Shown piece by piece: positions 9,298 to 18,797 of a stretch of 64,000 bases of DNA (the stretch's first letter is position 1; the number at the start of each line of letters is the position of its first letter). The notes beneath the pieces were generated by a model. It had not been told where the DNA came from. It saw nothing but the letters and a program-made list of their open reading frames with translations, and ran no database searches. The stretch lies in the sequence record MG752970.1. The stretch is one strand, 5' to 3'. The translations under genes were made by a program, and so were the position numbers.

Positions 9298-9875
9298 TGT
9301 ACTTGAAATCCAATAATATGGAGCTGCAGCACGATCACCATTGCATAGGAAATCGAGTGAGCCCTTTTGAAGGAGTATGAGTCTTCAAACCGTTCATCCG
9401 TAAAGTAGAGAAGAGGTCTAGTCTTTTCTCTATCTCGAATGTAGTGATCTAATAGATTACGTTTACCCGGTCTAATGAGTGCCAAACAATCTGCTAATTC
9501 TTGTATTGATCGTGGCTGTACTTTATCAATTATATCGAAATGATTACCTATGTGGAACAACTTTTCAACAATGGATGGGGACTTAAGGAGTTCCCAATTA
9601 GGTTCTAATTCTATTAATTGCTCAATTTCTTCTCGAGACTGAAAGAAGTCATACACATGCACTGGAAGAAAATCAAGCTTCATGTATCCTAATTCTTCAG
9701 CTTCTTTGTATGGAATGGCCGCAAAACCGGTGATTGGATCTTTAGCAATTCCCTGTGGATACATGCCAACATTGTGCTTCTTATACTGACCATTTTGTAT
9801 TTGCGCAGCGCGCACCCAATCAACAAAAGTTCGTTCAGGAACGAAAGCGGTCTGTAAATCTATGTCGATGTCCAT
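9294..9875 (-). CDS. dnaE: Split DNA polymerase III alpha-like (DnaE), catalytic fragment
   Basis: Begins MDIDID; KHNVG, KLDFL, ALIRPG, FKRAHSISY match DnaE palm/fingers motifs. Confidence 0.82.
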   Translation of the reverse strand: MDIDIDLQTAFVPERTFVDWVRAAQIQNGQYKKHNVGMYPQGIAKDPITGFAAIPYKEAEELGYMKLDFLPVHVYDFFQSREEIEQLIELEPNWELLKSPSIVEKLFHIGNHFDIIDKVQPRSIQELADCLALIRPGKRNLLDHYIRDREKTRPLLYFTDERFEDSYSFKRAHSISYAMVIVLQLHIIGFQVQ

Positions 9876-9877
9876 TC

Positions 9878-10081
9878 TTACTCGGTGAGGATCTTATCTA
9901 TGTAATGACAGTACTTTTCATATTCACGCTGAGTCATAAATGCCAGAAGCTTACAGTGCCCTTTTGCATGAAGCTTCTGATTTAATTCAATGACTCCGAA
10001 TAGCGTGTAATAAAAGCGCTTGGCTGCCGCGAGATTATCCTCATCGTATCGGTTAGGAATTTTATGATGAGAATCCGCCAC
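9878..10081 (-). CDS. Hypothetical protein
   Basis: Short ORF in operon. Confidence 0.5.
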   Translation of the reverse strand: MADSHHKIPNRYDEDNLAAAKRFYYTLFGVIELNQKLHAKGHCKLLAFMTQREYEKYCHYIDKILTE

Positions 10082-10232
10082 TGTTTGTACCTGCCTTTTC
10101 GTATTTCTGATTTTCTATCAAGGCCTGAACAGTCTGTTTGAGTTCATAATTCTCTGCAAGCAGATTGTCAATGACGTCTGCCATGCGCTCAATGTCCTTA
10201 TTCAGCTTTTGCATTTTGTGACCTGATGCCAT
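10062..10232 (-). CDS. 56-aa coiled-coil-like hypothetical protein
   Basis: Own translation MASGHKMQKLNKDIERMADVIDNLLAENYELKQ...; GAAGGAA RBS and TATAAATA at 10266-10273. Confidence 0.6.
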   Translation of the reverse strand: MASGHKMQKLNKDIERMADVIDNLLAENYELKQTVQALIENQKYEKAGTNSGGFSS

Positions 10233-10282
10233 GATAGTTTCCTTCTAAAAAGAAATTAACAAACATATTTATAGCTACCGGA

Positions 10283-10969
10283 CTATATTCCAAGCTCCTT
10301 AGCTATAAGCTTCATTTCCTGAATCATGTGGGGCTGCTCATTAAACTTCTTTGCCCAATATGATGGCACAATCAAATTTTCGATTTCACCTCTCACCTGA
10401 GAATCTTCATCAACAATTGCAGCTAAACGTTGCTTGAATCTCGTAGACACCAGCATGAGCCATGGAGTGAAATATCTCTTACGAATAAGCTCAACAATGT
10501 GGTGGCCCGTCAACTTATCAAACACATCAGAAACCGGACATTCAAGGGATTCCGAAAGCTTGTACATGCACTCAATCATGATGTGCGCCTGATCGGTTGG
10601 AGACGTCTTTTTATCAATATGCTCCAAGTACTTTACGTACAATGCATCATTTCTCCAAATCGTTGGAGAAATATCCTCCGCAATCATAAGCTCAATGTAC
10701 TTCTTGATGTCAACCAAATCAACTTTTCTACAGAAGTGCGCGAAGTTAATGAACGCCAGATAATACCGGGATTCCACAAATGATTCAATTGGTGGAACTT
10801 TGTAATTACTCAGTTTCATCCATTCGCTGTAAATTTGATACGCTTGCTGACCGATTGGGCTTTTGATCTCATCCGCACGTTCCATCTGTTTACAGGTGTG
10901 CTTCATCATCCCATTTTCAGTCTTAAAATTCTTTAAGCAGAACTTGCATTCCCAAACGGCCTTTCCCAT
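10283..10969 (-). CDS. Hypothetical protein with N-terminal C2H2/C2HC zinc finger
   Basis: WECKFCLKNFKTENGMMKHTC. Confidence 0.65.
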   Translation of the reverse strand: MGKAVWECKFCLKNFKTENGMMKHTCKQMERADEIKSPIGQQAYQIYSEWMKLSNYKVPPIESFVESRYYLAFINFAHFCRKVDLVDIKKYIELMIAEDISPTIWRNDALYVKYLEHIDKKTSPTDQAHIMIECMYKLSESLECPVSDVFDKLTGHHIVELIRKRYFTPWLMLVSTRFKQRLAAIVDEDSQVRGEIENLIVPSYWAKKFNEQPHMIQEMKLIAKELGI

Positions 10970-10970
10970 A

Positions 10971-11426
10971 TCACTTCATTTCTTTCTTAAGTTGTTTAAG
11001 GTCAGCATCCTGATATCCAAGCTTAGTCGCAAGATCGGTGATGCCATCAATATTGAAGAAATTTAAAGCTTCTGTCGCTTCGCTCGACGAATAGTCGTAG
11101 TACTCCATCAGCACCTTGACCGCCAAATTTTGTTTCTTTGGTGCCGTCTTATATTTCTTGAATGCGTATCGCTTCTGACTACCATCTGAACATGCTGCTG
11201 CGAGCTTCAGAAGGAGGTCAGGATGCTTCGCAAGAGAGAAGGTGTATTGATTTAAGTACTCATTAACCGCGTGTAACTGGTACTCACTGGAGGTGCTAGA
11301 CATCCATCTTAGCATCATGTAAGTGGACAATTGCTTTCTTTCTTCCTCACTCATTCTTTCATACGTTTGATAGTCACCACTATCTAAACTACGAATAAGA
11401 GCAAAGATGTCTAGCTTATCAGCCAT
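10971..11426 (-). CDS. Clamp loader small subunit (T4 gp62-like)
   Basis: Helical ~150-aa protein (YMMLRWMS) coupled directly downstream of the gp44-like gene. Confidence 0.6.
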   Translation of the reverse strand: MADKLDIFALIRSLDSGDYQTYERMSEEERKQLSTYMMLRWMSSTSSEYQLHAVNEYLNQYTFSLAKHPDLLLKLAAACSDGSQKRYAFKKYKTAPKKQNLAVKVLMEYYDYSSSEATEALNFFNIDGITDLATKLGYQDADLKQLKKEMK

Positions 11427-12346
11427 TATCCAATCCTCTTAAGAGAAGAGAACAATGCGGACATGTTAATCTCTGGAACTGCAACTCTACCATGTTTGTC
11501 TAGATAGTCAGCAATCACGATTACCGATTCATCTGGTTTTTTCTTCATCAATGGACACTCCATCATATTCTCATAGATGAATCTGAAAACATCTTCATAT
11601 TCAGATGGAGCTACAGACTGCAGAATTAAATCTTTTAGAGCATCCAACTTGTTGGCTCTGAGAAGATCAAGAGCTTGAAATTTGTAGTCTGTTGAATTTT
11701 GTGCGTCAGCAGGAAGTAGAACCTTTTCAAAGGTGTGTTGCTGAACCGTATTGATAATCTTTCTGACATCTGGATATGCTGCGCGGATAAACTTGTCTAG
11801 ATCATCAACTTCAAATTGCACATTTTCATTGATAAGAATGTCTGCTACAGTCATATAGACTGCTTCAAGATTTGGCGCCTTGAAGAAGAATTGTTGCATA
11901 CGAGAACGAAGAGCGGGAATTACTTTGTTTTCGTAGTTGCAAGTTCCAATGAATCGACAGTTGTCTGATGCTTCTTCCATCAAATTGCGAAGAGTGGCTT
12001 GAGCATTCAGAGACAAATAGTCCATCTCCTCGAGACGAATAATTTTGAATCCACTAAACGCATATGATTCTGCGAAACCTTTAATCTTTTCACGAATCGT
12101 GTCAACACTGTTCTCATCTGATGCGTTAATTGTCATCACATCAGATTCATCCATTTCCAGTTCATTAACGATGATCTTCGAGAGAGTGGTTTTACCACTT
12201 CCTTGAATACCACTCAATAACAAATTTGGAATATCTCTCTTTGCAATCCATCCTTGAATAATCTTCTTTTGAGTTTCATCTTGGAAGATATATCCGGATA
12301 ATGACTTGGGACGGTAGGACTCGACCCACAAGGTATTAGTTGACAT
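11426..12346 (-). CDS. gp44: Clamp loader AAA+ subunit (T4 gp44/RFC-like)
   Basis: LWVESYRP, Walker A GIQGSGKT, INASDE, LRSR sensor. Confidence 0.92.
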   Translation of the reverse strand: MSTNTLWVESYRPKSLSGYIFQDETQKKIIQGWIAKRDIPNLLLSGIQGSGKTTLSKIIVNELEMDESDVMTINASDENSVDTIREKIKGFAESYAFSGFKIIRLEEMDYLSLNAQATLRNLMEEASDNCRFIGTCNYENKVIPALRSRMQQFFFKAPNLEAVYMTVADILINENVQFEVDDLDKFIRAAYPDVRKIINTVQQHTFEKVLLPADAQNSTDYKFQALDLLRANKLDALKDLILQSVAPSEYEDVFRFIYENMMECPLMKKKPDESVIVIADYLDKHGRVAVPEINMSALFSSLKRIG

Positions 12347-12361
12347 GTTTTGATTTTCTAC

Positions 12362-13564
12362 TTACTGATTGAAAATGGTTTTTGCTCCATCGACGATGCG
12401 CGTGGCCATTAGCTCTGAATGTCTAGGAGGGCCATGAAATTCTGCAGTCTTTGGTGGTTCAGGTGTTTTTATTTCTACAGTCTTTTCTTCATTTACCTGT
12501 TCTTCAGGTAGCAGAAAAAGCAAGTCTTTGACATCTTCCTTCGCCTTAAACTTACGGGCAGATTTAACGGTAGGAGTAGGTTCCTTGAGTTCTTCCTCTT
12601 CTTCGATAGGAACTAATTCAAGTTCAGCGGGTTCTTCAACTGGAACAACAGGTGCAAAATCCGGTGAGTTATAGAATGGAAGAATTTCAGCACAAGTTTC
12701 TTGTGGTTCTTCTACATGAAGAGCGACAGGCAAAACATCGGAATTGACAGAATTATCATCAACAGGAATACTATCATCGACATGATTGTGTGAATCATGA
12801 ACAGAATCAGTGGTGGACCCATCAATATCATGAACAAGGCTGCCACTATGAACAGGAATGTTTTCATTTTTCTTTTCCTTCTCTTCCTTTCGCCTTAACT
12901 CCAGCAGGAAGTTACCAATAATTAGAAGTACGACAGCCAATGGATCGAATACGAAAACAATTAGCGCAATAACATACTTCACCGCTGTTTCCATTGTAAC
13001 ACCAAATGCTTCCGAAATGAATGCAATTGGACCAATGTGCGCCTGGACTTCAACGTTCTTCGATTTAATGTCCGTGACTTGAGTTTCTAACTCACTGAGT
13101 CTTTTACGAATTGATTCTTCTTCTGGCTTAAATGAGTCAATAAGTTGTCGACGACCTCTTACCATGCTGGGTGGAAGCTGTGATATCTGTTTGTCAATAT
13201 CTATCTTTCGCTGTTCTAGTCGTGTCTTTTCACTCTCCAGAGCTTCCAACTTAATAGTGACATCCTTATTAGGTAGAACCGCTTTTTGAAACGATTGAGA
13301 CAAATATCCAGCGACACCGGCGGATGAAATTGTCATTAAAATCGCGACAGCAGGTATCACGTAAAACCGCAATAACCCGCTGAGTCTATTCCAATGCTTA
13401 TAGCTAACGGACACCAACATTATCTTTGCAAAGTCTAACGAGACAGCCATCAACATGATGATCGGATCCGAGGCAAATGCTGCCGCCAAACCTACAACAG
13501 AAATGTAGGTTCCCATTAATTCAATTGATAGTGCTGAAAGAAAGACTAGAAAGATAAAGGTCAT
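12362..13564 (-). CDS. Membrane protein with coiled coil and acidic tail
   Basis: Several hydrophobic segments, coiled-coil middle, FVFDPLAV, E/P-rich tail. Confidence 0.65.
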   Translation of the reverse strand: MTFIFLVFLSALSIELMGTYISVVGLAAAFASDPIIMLMAVSLDFAKIMLVSVSYKHWNRLSGLLRFYVIPAVAILMTISSAGVAGYLSQSFQKAVLPNKDVTIKLEALESEKTRLEQRKIDIDKQISQLPPSMVRGRRQLIDSFKPEEESIRKRLSELETQVTDIKSKNVEVQAHIGPIAFISEAFGVTMETAVKYVIALIVFVFDPLAVVLLIIGNFLLELRRKEEKEKKNENIPVHSGSLVHDIDGSTTDSVHDSHNHVDDSIPVDDNSVNSDVLPVALHVEEPQETCAEILPFYNSPDFAPVVPVEEPAELELVPIEEEEELKEPTPTVKSARKFKAKEDVKDLLFLLPEEQVNEEKTVEIKTPEPPKTAEFHGPPRHSELMATRIVDGAKTIFNQ

Positions 13565-13875
13565 ACGATTTGAATTTCTTCTTTTGAAGTTGCTATTAGT
13601 TTAGTATCATCGGTCATCCAATACTTTTGATCATCGATAACCGTGCTGGTAGACCACTGAAGAGATTCTATAAGAATGTAGTCACCAATGTTTAGATCTT
13701 CGCGTACATCAGGACCCATGTGAGTAATAATTCCCCAACGATGGTTGTAAGCATTAGCCTGATAATCCTGATTTGTTAGTAGAATTCCTGACTGAGTCTT
13801 CGTGATGAATTTACCGCCTGCGCTATCATCTACGAATTGAAAAAAGATTCTATTCTTTAATGGCTTCAACGTCAT
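13561..13875 (-). CDS. groES: Co-chaperonin GroES-like
   Basis: LKPLKNRI, KTQSGILL, G-x-I-x-x-x-GP. Confidence 0.8.
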   Translation of the reverse strand: MTLKPLKNRIFFQFVDDSAGGKFITKTQSGILLTNQDYQANAYNHRWGIITHMGPDVREDLNIGDYILIESLQWSTSTVIDDQKYWMTDDTKLIATSKEEIQIV

Positions 13876-14054
13876 TCTGCAACTTCCTCTGTTGAATCTT
13901 TCTTAGGCTTAGTAATTCCTTCCTTGATTTCAACAAATTCACGACGTGCTTGAACCTCTTGAGGTACTGGTGCTGCTGCAAGTTGTTGCTTGATCGCGAT
14001 TAAATCGAAATCAACAATCTCCCCACGAGCGCTTCTTGTAACTTTTTGAGACAT
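13872..14054 (-). CDS. Hypothetical protein
   Basis: Coupled short ORF (SARGEIVDFD). Confidence 0.6.
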   Translation of the reverse strand: MSQKVTRSARGEIVDFDLIAIKQQLAAAPVPQEVQARREFVEIKEGITKPKKDSTEEVAE

Positions 14055-14063
14055 GTAAAACTC

Positions 14064-14597
14064 CTATTTGAAAAATTCATTTGCTGGAATATCGTACTTG
14101 ATAGGATCAACACAATGTAAACCCATCAAGTACAGGATGTAAGACGCACAGCTTGATCCCCGTCCTACACCCCAAACTACTTTTTGTTTTCTAAAAGTAT
14201 CGATGATGTACTTGATCACTTTTAGAAGATCAAACAATCCCCGTTTCTCAAATTGTTCAATCTCATACATGAATCTTTCGACTCTTTTTTCGTAATCAGT
14301 ATTTATAGTCGAGATTCCGGAAAGAAGTTCACTAAAAAATTGAACCATATCCATGTTACGATATTCTTCGGGAATTTTCCACTCTAGATCTAACTCACCG
14401 CATTCACTTTTAGTTTTGAATGTATATCCCGAGTAGTTATTCAGATATTCAATTGCATCATTAATTTCGGTAACACAGATTTTATCGAGATTCACACCCT
14501 TCAAAATTAGATTTTCTAGATTATCTGGAGTTACCTCTACGATGCCATCATACCAAAGATTGTACTGTGGTAGTTCCGTCTTCATGAATTTGCTCAA
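14064..14597 (-). CDS. dnaE: Split DNA polymerase III alpha-like (DnaE), N-terminal fragment
   Basis: GVGRGSSCASYILYLMGLHCVDPIKYDI equals the DnaE GRGS...LDPLEFDL segment. Confidence 0.82.
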   Translation of the reverse strand: MSKFMKTELPQYNLWYDGIVEVTPDNLENLILKGVNLDKICVTEINDAIEYLNNYSGYTFKTKSECGELDLEWKIPEEYRNMDMVQFFSELLSGISTINTDYEKRVERFMYEIEQFEKRGLFDLLKVIKYIIDTFRKQKVVWGVGRGSSCASYILYLMGLHCVDPIKYDIPANEFFK

Positions 14598-15012
14598 CTA
14601 TTACTCCACACTCTAGAAGAGTGTTTATTCCATCTGATATACGATATTTTTCTTCAAAGACAACTCTTTTAATTCTAGCTGCTAAGATAGCTGAAACGCA
14701 ATTGGTGCATGGTGACATAGTTACGTACAGTGTTGATCCCTCCGCGCCACCACCCGATTCTGACATAGCAAGCTTTCCAATTGCATTCATTTCAGCATGA
14801 ATAACTCTTGGGTCGGTGGTGTGTTCATCTATTTCACATGCACCTTCCATTCCCGGTGGAAGTCCATTGTATCCGTCACCAATGATACGCTTGTCTTTGA
14901 CGATAAGAGCACCTACCTTTTTTCGTTTTGCTTTTGATCGGCGGGCCCAGACAGCAGCCATATCCATGTAGCTGCGATCTACTGTCGGTCTGTCTTCTAG
15001 TTGTTCAGTCAT
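14548..15012 (-). CDS. dCMP deaminase
   Basis: GYNG, HAEMNAI, SPCTNC zinc ligands. Confidence 0.92.
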   Translation of the reverse strand: MTEQLEDRPTVDRSYMDMAAVWARRSKAKRKKVGALIVKDKRIIGDGYNGLPPGMEGACEIDEHTTDPRVIHAEMNAIGKLAMSESGGGAEGSTLYVTMSPCTNCVSAILAARIKRVVFEEKYRISDGINTLLECGVIVEQIHEDGTTTVQSLV

Positions 15013-15230
15013 TAGAATTGTCTATCTTTATAGTGATCTTGTACTTCTTTATTTAACTTGATCACCATACGAGGGAGAGTGAACTGTAGGATATTAGGAA
15101 ATATTCCATGCACCAAAGAAAGCACTCCCATTCCTATAAGAAGACCTGCTTTCTTTGTTGCATACCAAAGATGTGGGAAGTATGCCTTCCCACTCTCCTT
15201 AAGATGCTTGCGTGCTTCTTGTAGCAGCAT
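15012..15230 (-). CDS. Small membrane-associated protein (DUF6356-like)
   Basis: HL...YFPHL...LVHGIFP pattern. Confidence 0.5.
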   Translation of the reverse strand: MLLQEARKHLKESGKAYFPHLWYATKKAGLLIGMGVLSLVHGIFPNILQFTLPRMVIKLNKEVQDHYKDRQF

Positions 15231-16653
15231 AATCAGCTTTGATTCGAACGTAATCCAGCTTCAAACCATTGTTATATTGCGTAAAATCAGCAACCTTCAT
15301 TACATCATCAAATGGATTGTCAATCTTTACCACTTTCTTGTCAGCTTCAAATGATGAGATTGCAGCATTCAGTTGATCGACAGTAAGGTCATCTCCCGTA
15401 TGGGCAACAACGTGTGCTACTTGTTTCTTTGATGGATCAATTACGTACTTGAATGATACAAACTGTGACCCATTGAACGCTCTAGATAACAAATAATCTA
15501 TTTCGAATGGCTGATAGTTATGAGATGTGCCATCATCGAAATGAACACACACAAATAAATTCTTTCTGCCTATGAAACGCGCAGGTGTGTCGTTAGTAAT
15601 GTTGTCACTCACTGGAATAGGATCTGAGGTGTAAAAACGTGGATGCTGAACGGTTTTGATAATCTTAGAGCTTGTAAGATTGGTATCCTCATATTCTATT
15701 GTTAAACCATCTACCATTTTATCAAGAGGATTTAACTCCGCCTGTGATTTCGTTGGAAGCGCTTCATATTCTTCACGTGTCCAGGTTTTCCACATAAGAG
15801 GGGTGCATACAGTTGTGTCACCGTACACGTTGTAAACGCTCTCTACATTTGGATTCGCCAAAAACATATCCATAGCGGCCTGATGTAGACGTACTCCACC
15901 TGTTAGAATGCGTGCAGATGGGGCAAGCATCGATTTTTCAGTCATTGCTGTCGAATGAACATTCTGCCAGTCAAATAACGTAACAATCGTTGCTCCTTTA
16001 TCATGGCCGTGCTCCAAATAATGCTCGTAGAATACGATTTCATTGGCCGTAAAGAGAGCTGGTAACCACGTGGTTGTTAAAATACCAAAATGGTTTAATG
16101 TGCTTCCTTCCATGAAGATAACCACATCATCTGCGGAGTAGAAATTCTTTGCCGATTGTTCGGATGCAAACAAAACGGAATCATGAGTATGATTGATGAT
16201 TGATGGTTTGTCTGAAGCGGTACCTGACGTAAAGAACGTAAATACGGCATCGGTCAAATGAGAATCATCTAAAACTGCAACGGACGTAGTGACTGCGTCT
16301 GGGGCTTCAGTAATGTCAAGAGTCTTGAAAGCAGTGACACCAAATCCAGAAGGATCCTGAGTACATAGCAGAAGCTTTACGCTGCCAAAGAATGCTGAGA
16401 AGAAATTTGGGTTCAGATAGTAATTCGTTGGAATATTGACCAATTTTAGATCACTTTCCAGCGCTGCTAAAATTGATGCAAGCGTTGAAGTGTTGTTCAG
16501 AAATCCGTAGAATCCAACTACGTCTCCAGACTTTAATCCTTCTGATTCAAACTTTGCTTGCCATGCGGCAACTAATCCCAAAAGATCATCGTGTGAATAG
16601 CTTTTTCCATCGCTGAATAATGTTAAGGATGGATTGATTTTATCTACGTACAT
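15199..16653 (-). CDS. Divergent adenylate-forming (ANL/AMP-binding) enzyme
   Basis: FFTSGTASDKP P-loop, YGDTT, SD...FIGRK. Confidence 0.68.
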   Translation of the reverse strand: MYVDKINPSLTLFSDGKSYSHDDLLGLVAAWQAKFESEGLKSGDVVGFYGFLNNTSTLASILAALESDLKLVNIPTNYYLNPNFFSAFFGSVKLLLCTQDPSGFGVTAFKTLDITEAPDAVTTSVAVLDDSHLTDAVFTFFTSGTASDKPSIINHTHDSVLFASEQSAKNFYSADDVVIFMEGSTLNHFGILTTTWLPALFTANEIVFYEHYLEHGHDKGATIVTLFDWQNVHSTAMTEKSMLAPSARILTGGVRLHQAAMDMFLANPNVESVYNVYGDTTVCTPLMWKTWTREEYEALPTKSQAELNPLDKMVDGLTIEYEDTNLTSSKIIKTVQHPRFYTSDPIPVSDNITNDTPARFIGRKNLFVCVHFDDGTSHNYQPFEIDYLLSRAFNGSQFVSFKYVIDPSKKQVAHVVAHTGDDLTVDQLNAAISSFEADKKVVKIDNPFDDVMKVADFTQYNNGLKLDYVRIKADYAATRSTQAS

Positions 16654-17028
16654 TTATGCTCGGTCCAATAGGTTATTCGGGTTATCGTATGATCCATGTC
16701 CGTAGGATACGCTCCCACGCATGACTAGATCATTTAGGGCTCCTAGAGACGCGGTGTATTGCTGAATATCTTGCTTGAATCGCGTCCATGGAAATGACTT
16801 GTATGAATCTTCATATTTTTTATGAAGATAATATTTCATCAAGTCGGGATACTTTTGCGCAAATTTAAGCATGCAAGGAATCACGTAGCGTGTTTTAGTC
16901 TGTGCTTCCAAAAACATACCAATACCGTCGTAATTTATCTGAAAACCCGCAGCCTTAATTACTGATTCGATATTTTTCAGATCGGATTCAATTTGCTTAC
17001 TTTCTTTTGATTCTCGGTTTGATTGCAT
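16654..17028 (-). CDS. Hypothetical protein
   Basis: ORF in operon. Confidence 0.55.
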   Translation of the reverse strand: MQSNRESKESKQIESDLKNIESVIKAAGFQINYDGIGMFLEAQTKTRYVIPCMLKFAQKYPDLMKYYLHKKYEDSYKSFPWTRFKQDIQQYTASLGALNDLVMRGSVSYGHGSYDNPNNLLDRA

Positions 17029-17518
17029 AGTAAAATCTCGCTGTTCTACTGACGGATAGTCTATTTATCAGCGAGCACACACCATTCTGGTCATAAGAAT
17101 AATACCGATTGTTAGTCAGGTTCATTAGATATTCGGTAACCAACGAATCCCAATCAACTCTTTCTAGTGTTCCATTAATGATGCACTTGAATGATGGATC
17201 GACTGCAATGTTGGTTAGCATGGTTTTTATTTCCTTGCTATCCTGATAATCCGTGAATTCATCCATGAGTACCAATGCATCCGTGTTTCCTATAACAGAC
17301 TGCGGCGCGGTATAGCAGGAATTGTAATAGTACGTTATGTTTGGGTGCTGACCGTTTACCTTATTCTTTAGCTTCTTAACAATATCGGCCGCCGCCGTTA
17401 TATGAGGAGCTATAACAAAAATAGATTTTGTGGATGAATGTATTGAGCTTACTACACTCTCTACGGCTCTTGTAGTTTTACCAGCACCACGATCAGAAAT
17501 CTCAATGTATTCTATCAT
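16997..17518 (-). CDS. Small P-loop NTPase (terminase/helicase-like ATPase lobe)
   Basis: RGAGKTT Walker A, LMDEF Walker B. Confidence 0.6.
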   Translation of the reverse strand: MIEYIEISDRGAGKTTRAVESVVSSIHSSTKSIFVIAPHITAAADIVKKLKNKVNGQHPNITYYYNSCYTAPQSVIGNTDALVLMDEFTDYQDSKEIKTMLTNIAVDPSFKCIINGTLERVDWDSLVTEYLMNLTNNRYYSYDQNGVCSLINRLSVSRTARFYYAIKPRIKRK

Positions 17519-18120
17519 GTCAGATCCTTAAAAAGAAATGAGTTTATTACTTCAACCGTATCATCGGCCTGAAGAACATCGTGGTGATTATGACTGAGCA
17601 CGACTTGCTTTATTCCTTTAAGTTTCGTCTGACTATCTACTGAAACAACCCCATCATTAGGATGCCACATAAGCGTGTCATTTCCCAAAGTGGTAATGAT
17701 GCTCAAGGTGTCAACAACTGCACCAATGTTGACACAGCGCACAATATTCTTGTTAGCTGTGCATACATTCCCATATAGAGGAATCTTCATGTAAATCCAT
17801 TTCAGAAAATCTGCTGCCTCACACCCACCAAAAGGGTTAGCTATCGTGACAATTTTTCTGAAATACGATGGCTGTTTTTGTGCAGCTATAGTCGCAACAA
17901 CGCCACCAAGAGAATGCGAAATCACATCTACTTGATGGCGCGAGGAATAACTTAGTCTCTCCAGTAATTCATCTGACAGCTTATCCAGATCAGATTCTTG
18001 ACCATACTCGAAATCTACCTGATTATGAGTTGGAAGACACTTCTTAATGTAGTTGAACGATGTGCAAGTGCTGTTAGCTCCGTGCACATACCAAATCTGA
18101 TCTGTCATCATGCTCTCCAC
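17515..18120 (-). CDS. Alpha/beta hydrolase (lipase/esterase-like)
   Basis: VHG, SHSLGG nucleophile elbow, NDGVV, NHHDVL. Confidence 0.85.
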   Translation of the reverse strand: MESMMTDQIWYVHGANSTCTSFNYIKKCLPTHNQVDFEYGQESDLDKLSDELLERLSYSSRHQVDVISHSLGGVVATIAAQKQPSYFRKIVTIANPFGGCEAADFLKWIYMKIPLYGNVCTANKNIVRCVNIGAVVDTLSIITTLGNDTLMWHPNDGVVSVDSQTKLKGIKQVVLSHNHHDVLQADDTVEVINSFLFKDLT

Positions 18121-18170
18121 TAAATCCTTTTCTATTTATCTTTCACAGTAGGATTTAATGTGTCAAACTC

Positions 18171-18503
18171 TTACAGATCTACGCTTAATTGATCATCATT
18201 GAAGTTAGTGTTTACGAAAGCTATAAGCTGACCAGCTGTCATCATACCAGTTTTGGTACCAGAAACCTCTCCATTTCTGATAGCTTTAAGCGTTGGCAGT
18301 CCTCTTACACCGTATCTATTAACTATCTCTGGCTGTTCATCTGCATTTACCTTTACAACAGTAACACCCGGAACATCCAGCGCTTCCACCATTGGCATCA
18401 ACTGCTTACATGGACCGCACCAATTTGCGTAAAAGTCCACTAATATCTTTTCATTGCTTCCTAGAAGCAGATTGAATTCTGCTTCTGATTTAATTTCGAT
18501 CAT
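18171..18503 (-). CDS. trxA: Thioredoxin
   Basis: WCGPC active site, GLPT. Confidence 0.95.
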   Translation of the reverse strand: MIEIKSEAEFNLLLGSNEKILVDFYANWCGPCKQLMPMVEALDVPGVTVVKVNADEQPEIVNRYGVRGLPTLKAIRNGEVSGTKTGMMTAGQLIAFVNTNFNDDQLSVDL

Positions 18504-18512
18504 GTTTTTTCC

Positions 18513-18797
18513 TTAAAATAGTTCTAACTGAGTCCATGACTTCTTTCGTTCACGCCGTATTTCTATATGTGGAACAGCATCAATTTCCGCATCTAAAGAC
18601 CACGTACAGGAATATTCAACACCATCCACTGCATAAACTTCTTCAATTACATGCAGTGAATGATCACAATCTACTGGAGCCTCACAGAGTTCCAGAATTT
18701 TTGTCCATATTTCTTTAGGATTTTCTACTTCCTCATATGTAAATGGAAATAGATCTGCTACCATGTCCGCATCAGGAACGCTGTAAGGAGTTCTCAT
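18513..18797 (-). CDS. Hypothetical protein
   Basis: Coupled ORF after nrdB. Confidence 0.55.
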   Translation of the reverse strand: MRTPYSVPDADMVADLFPFTYEEVENPKEIWTKILELCEAPVDCDHSLHVIEEVYAVDGVEYSCTWSLDAEIDAVPHIEIRRERKKSWTQLELF

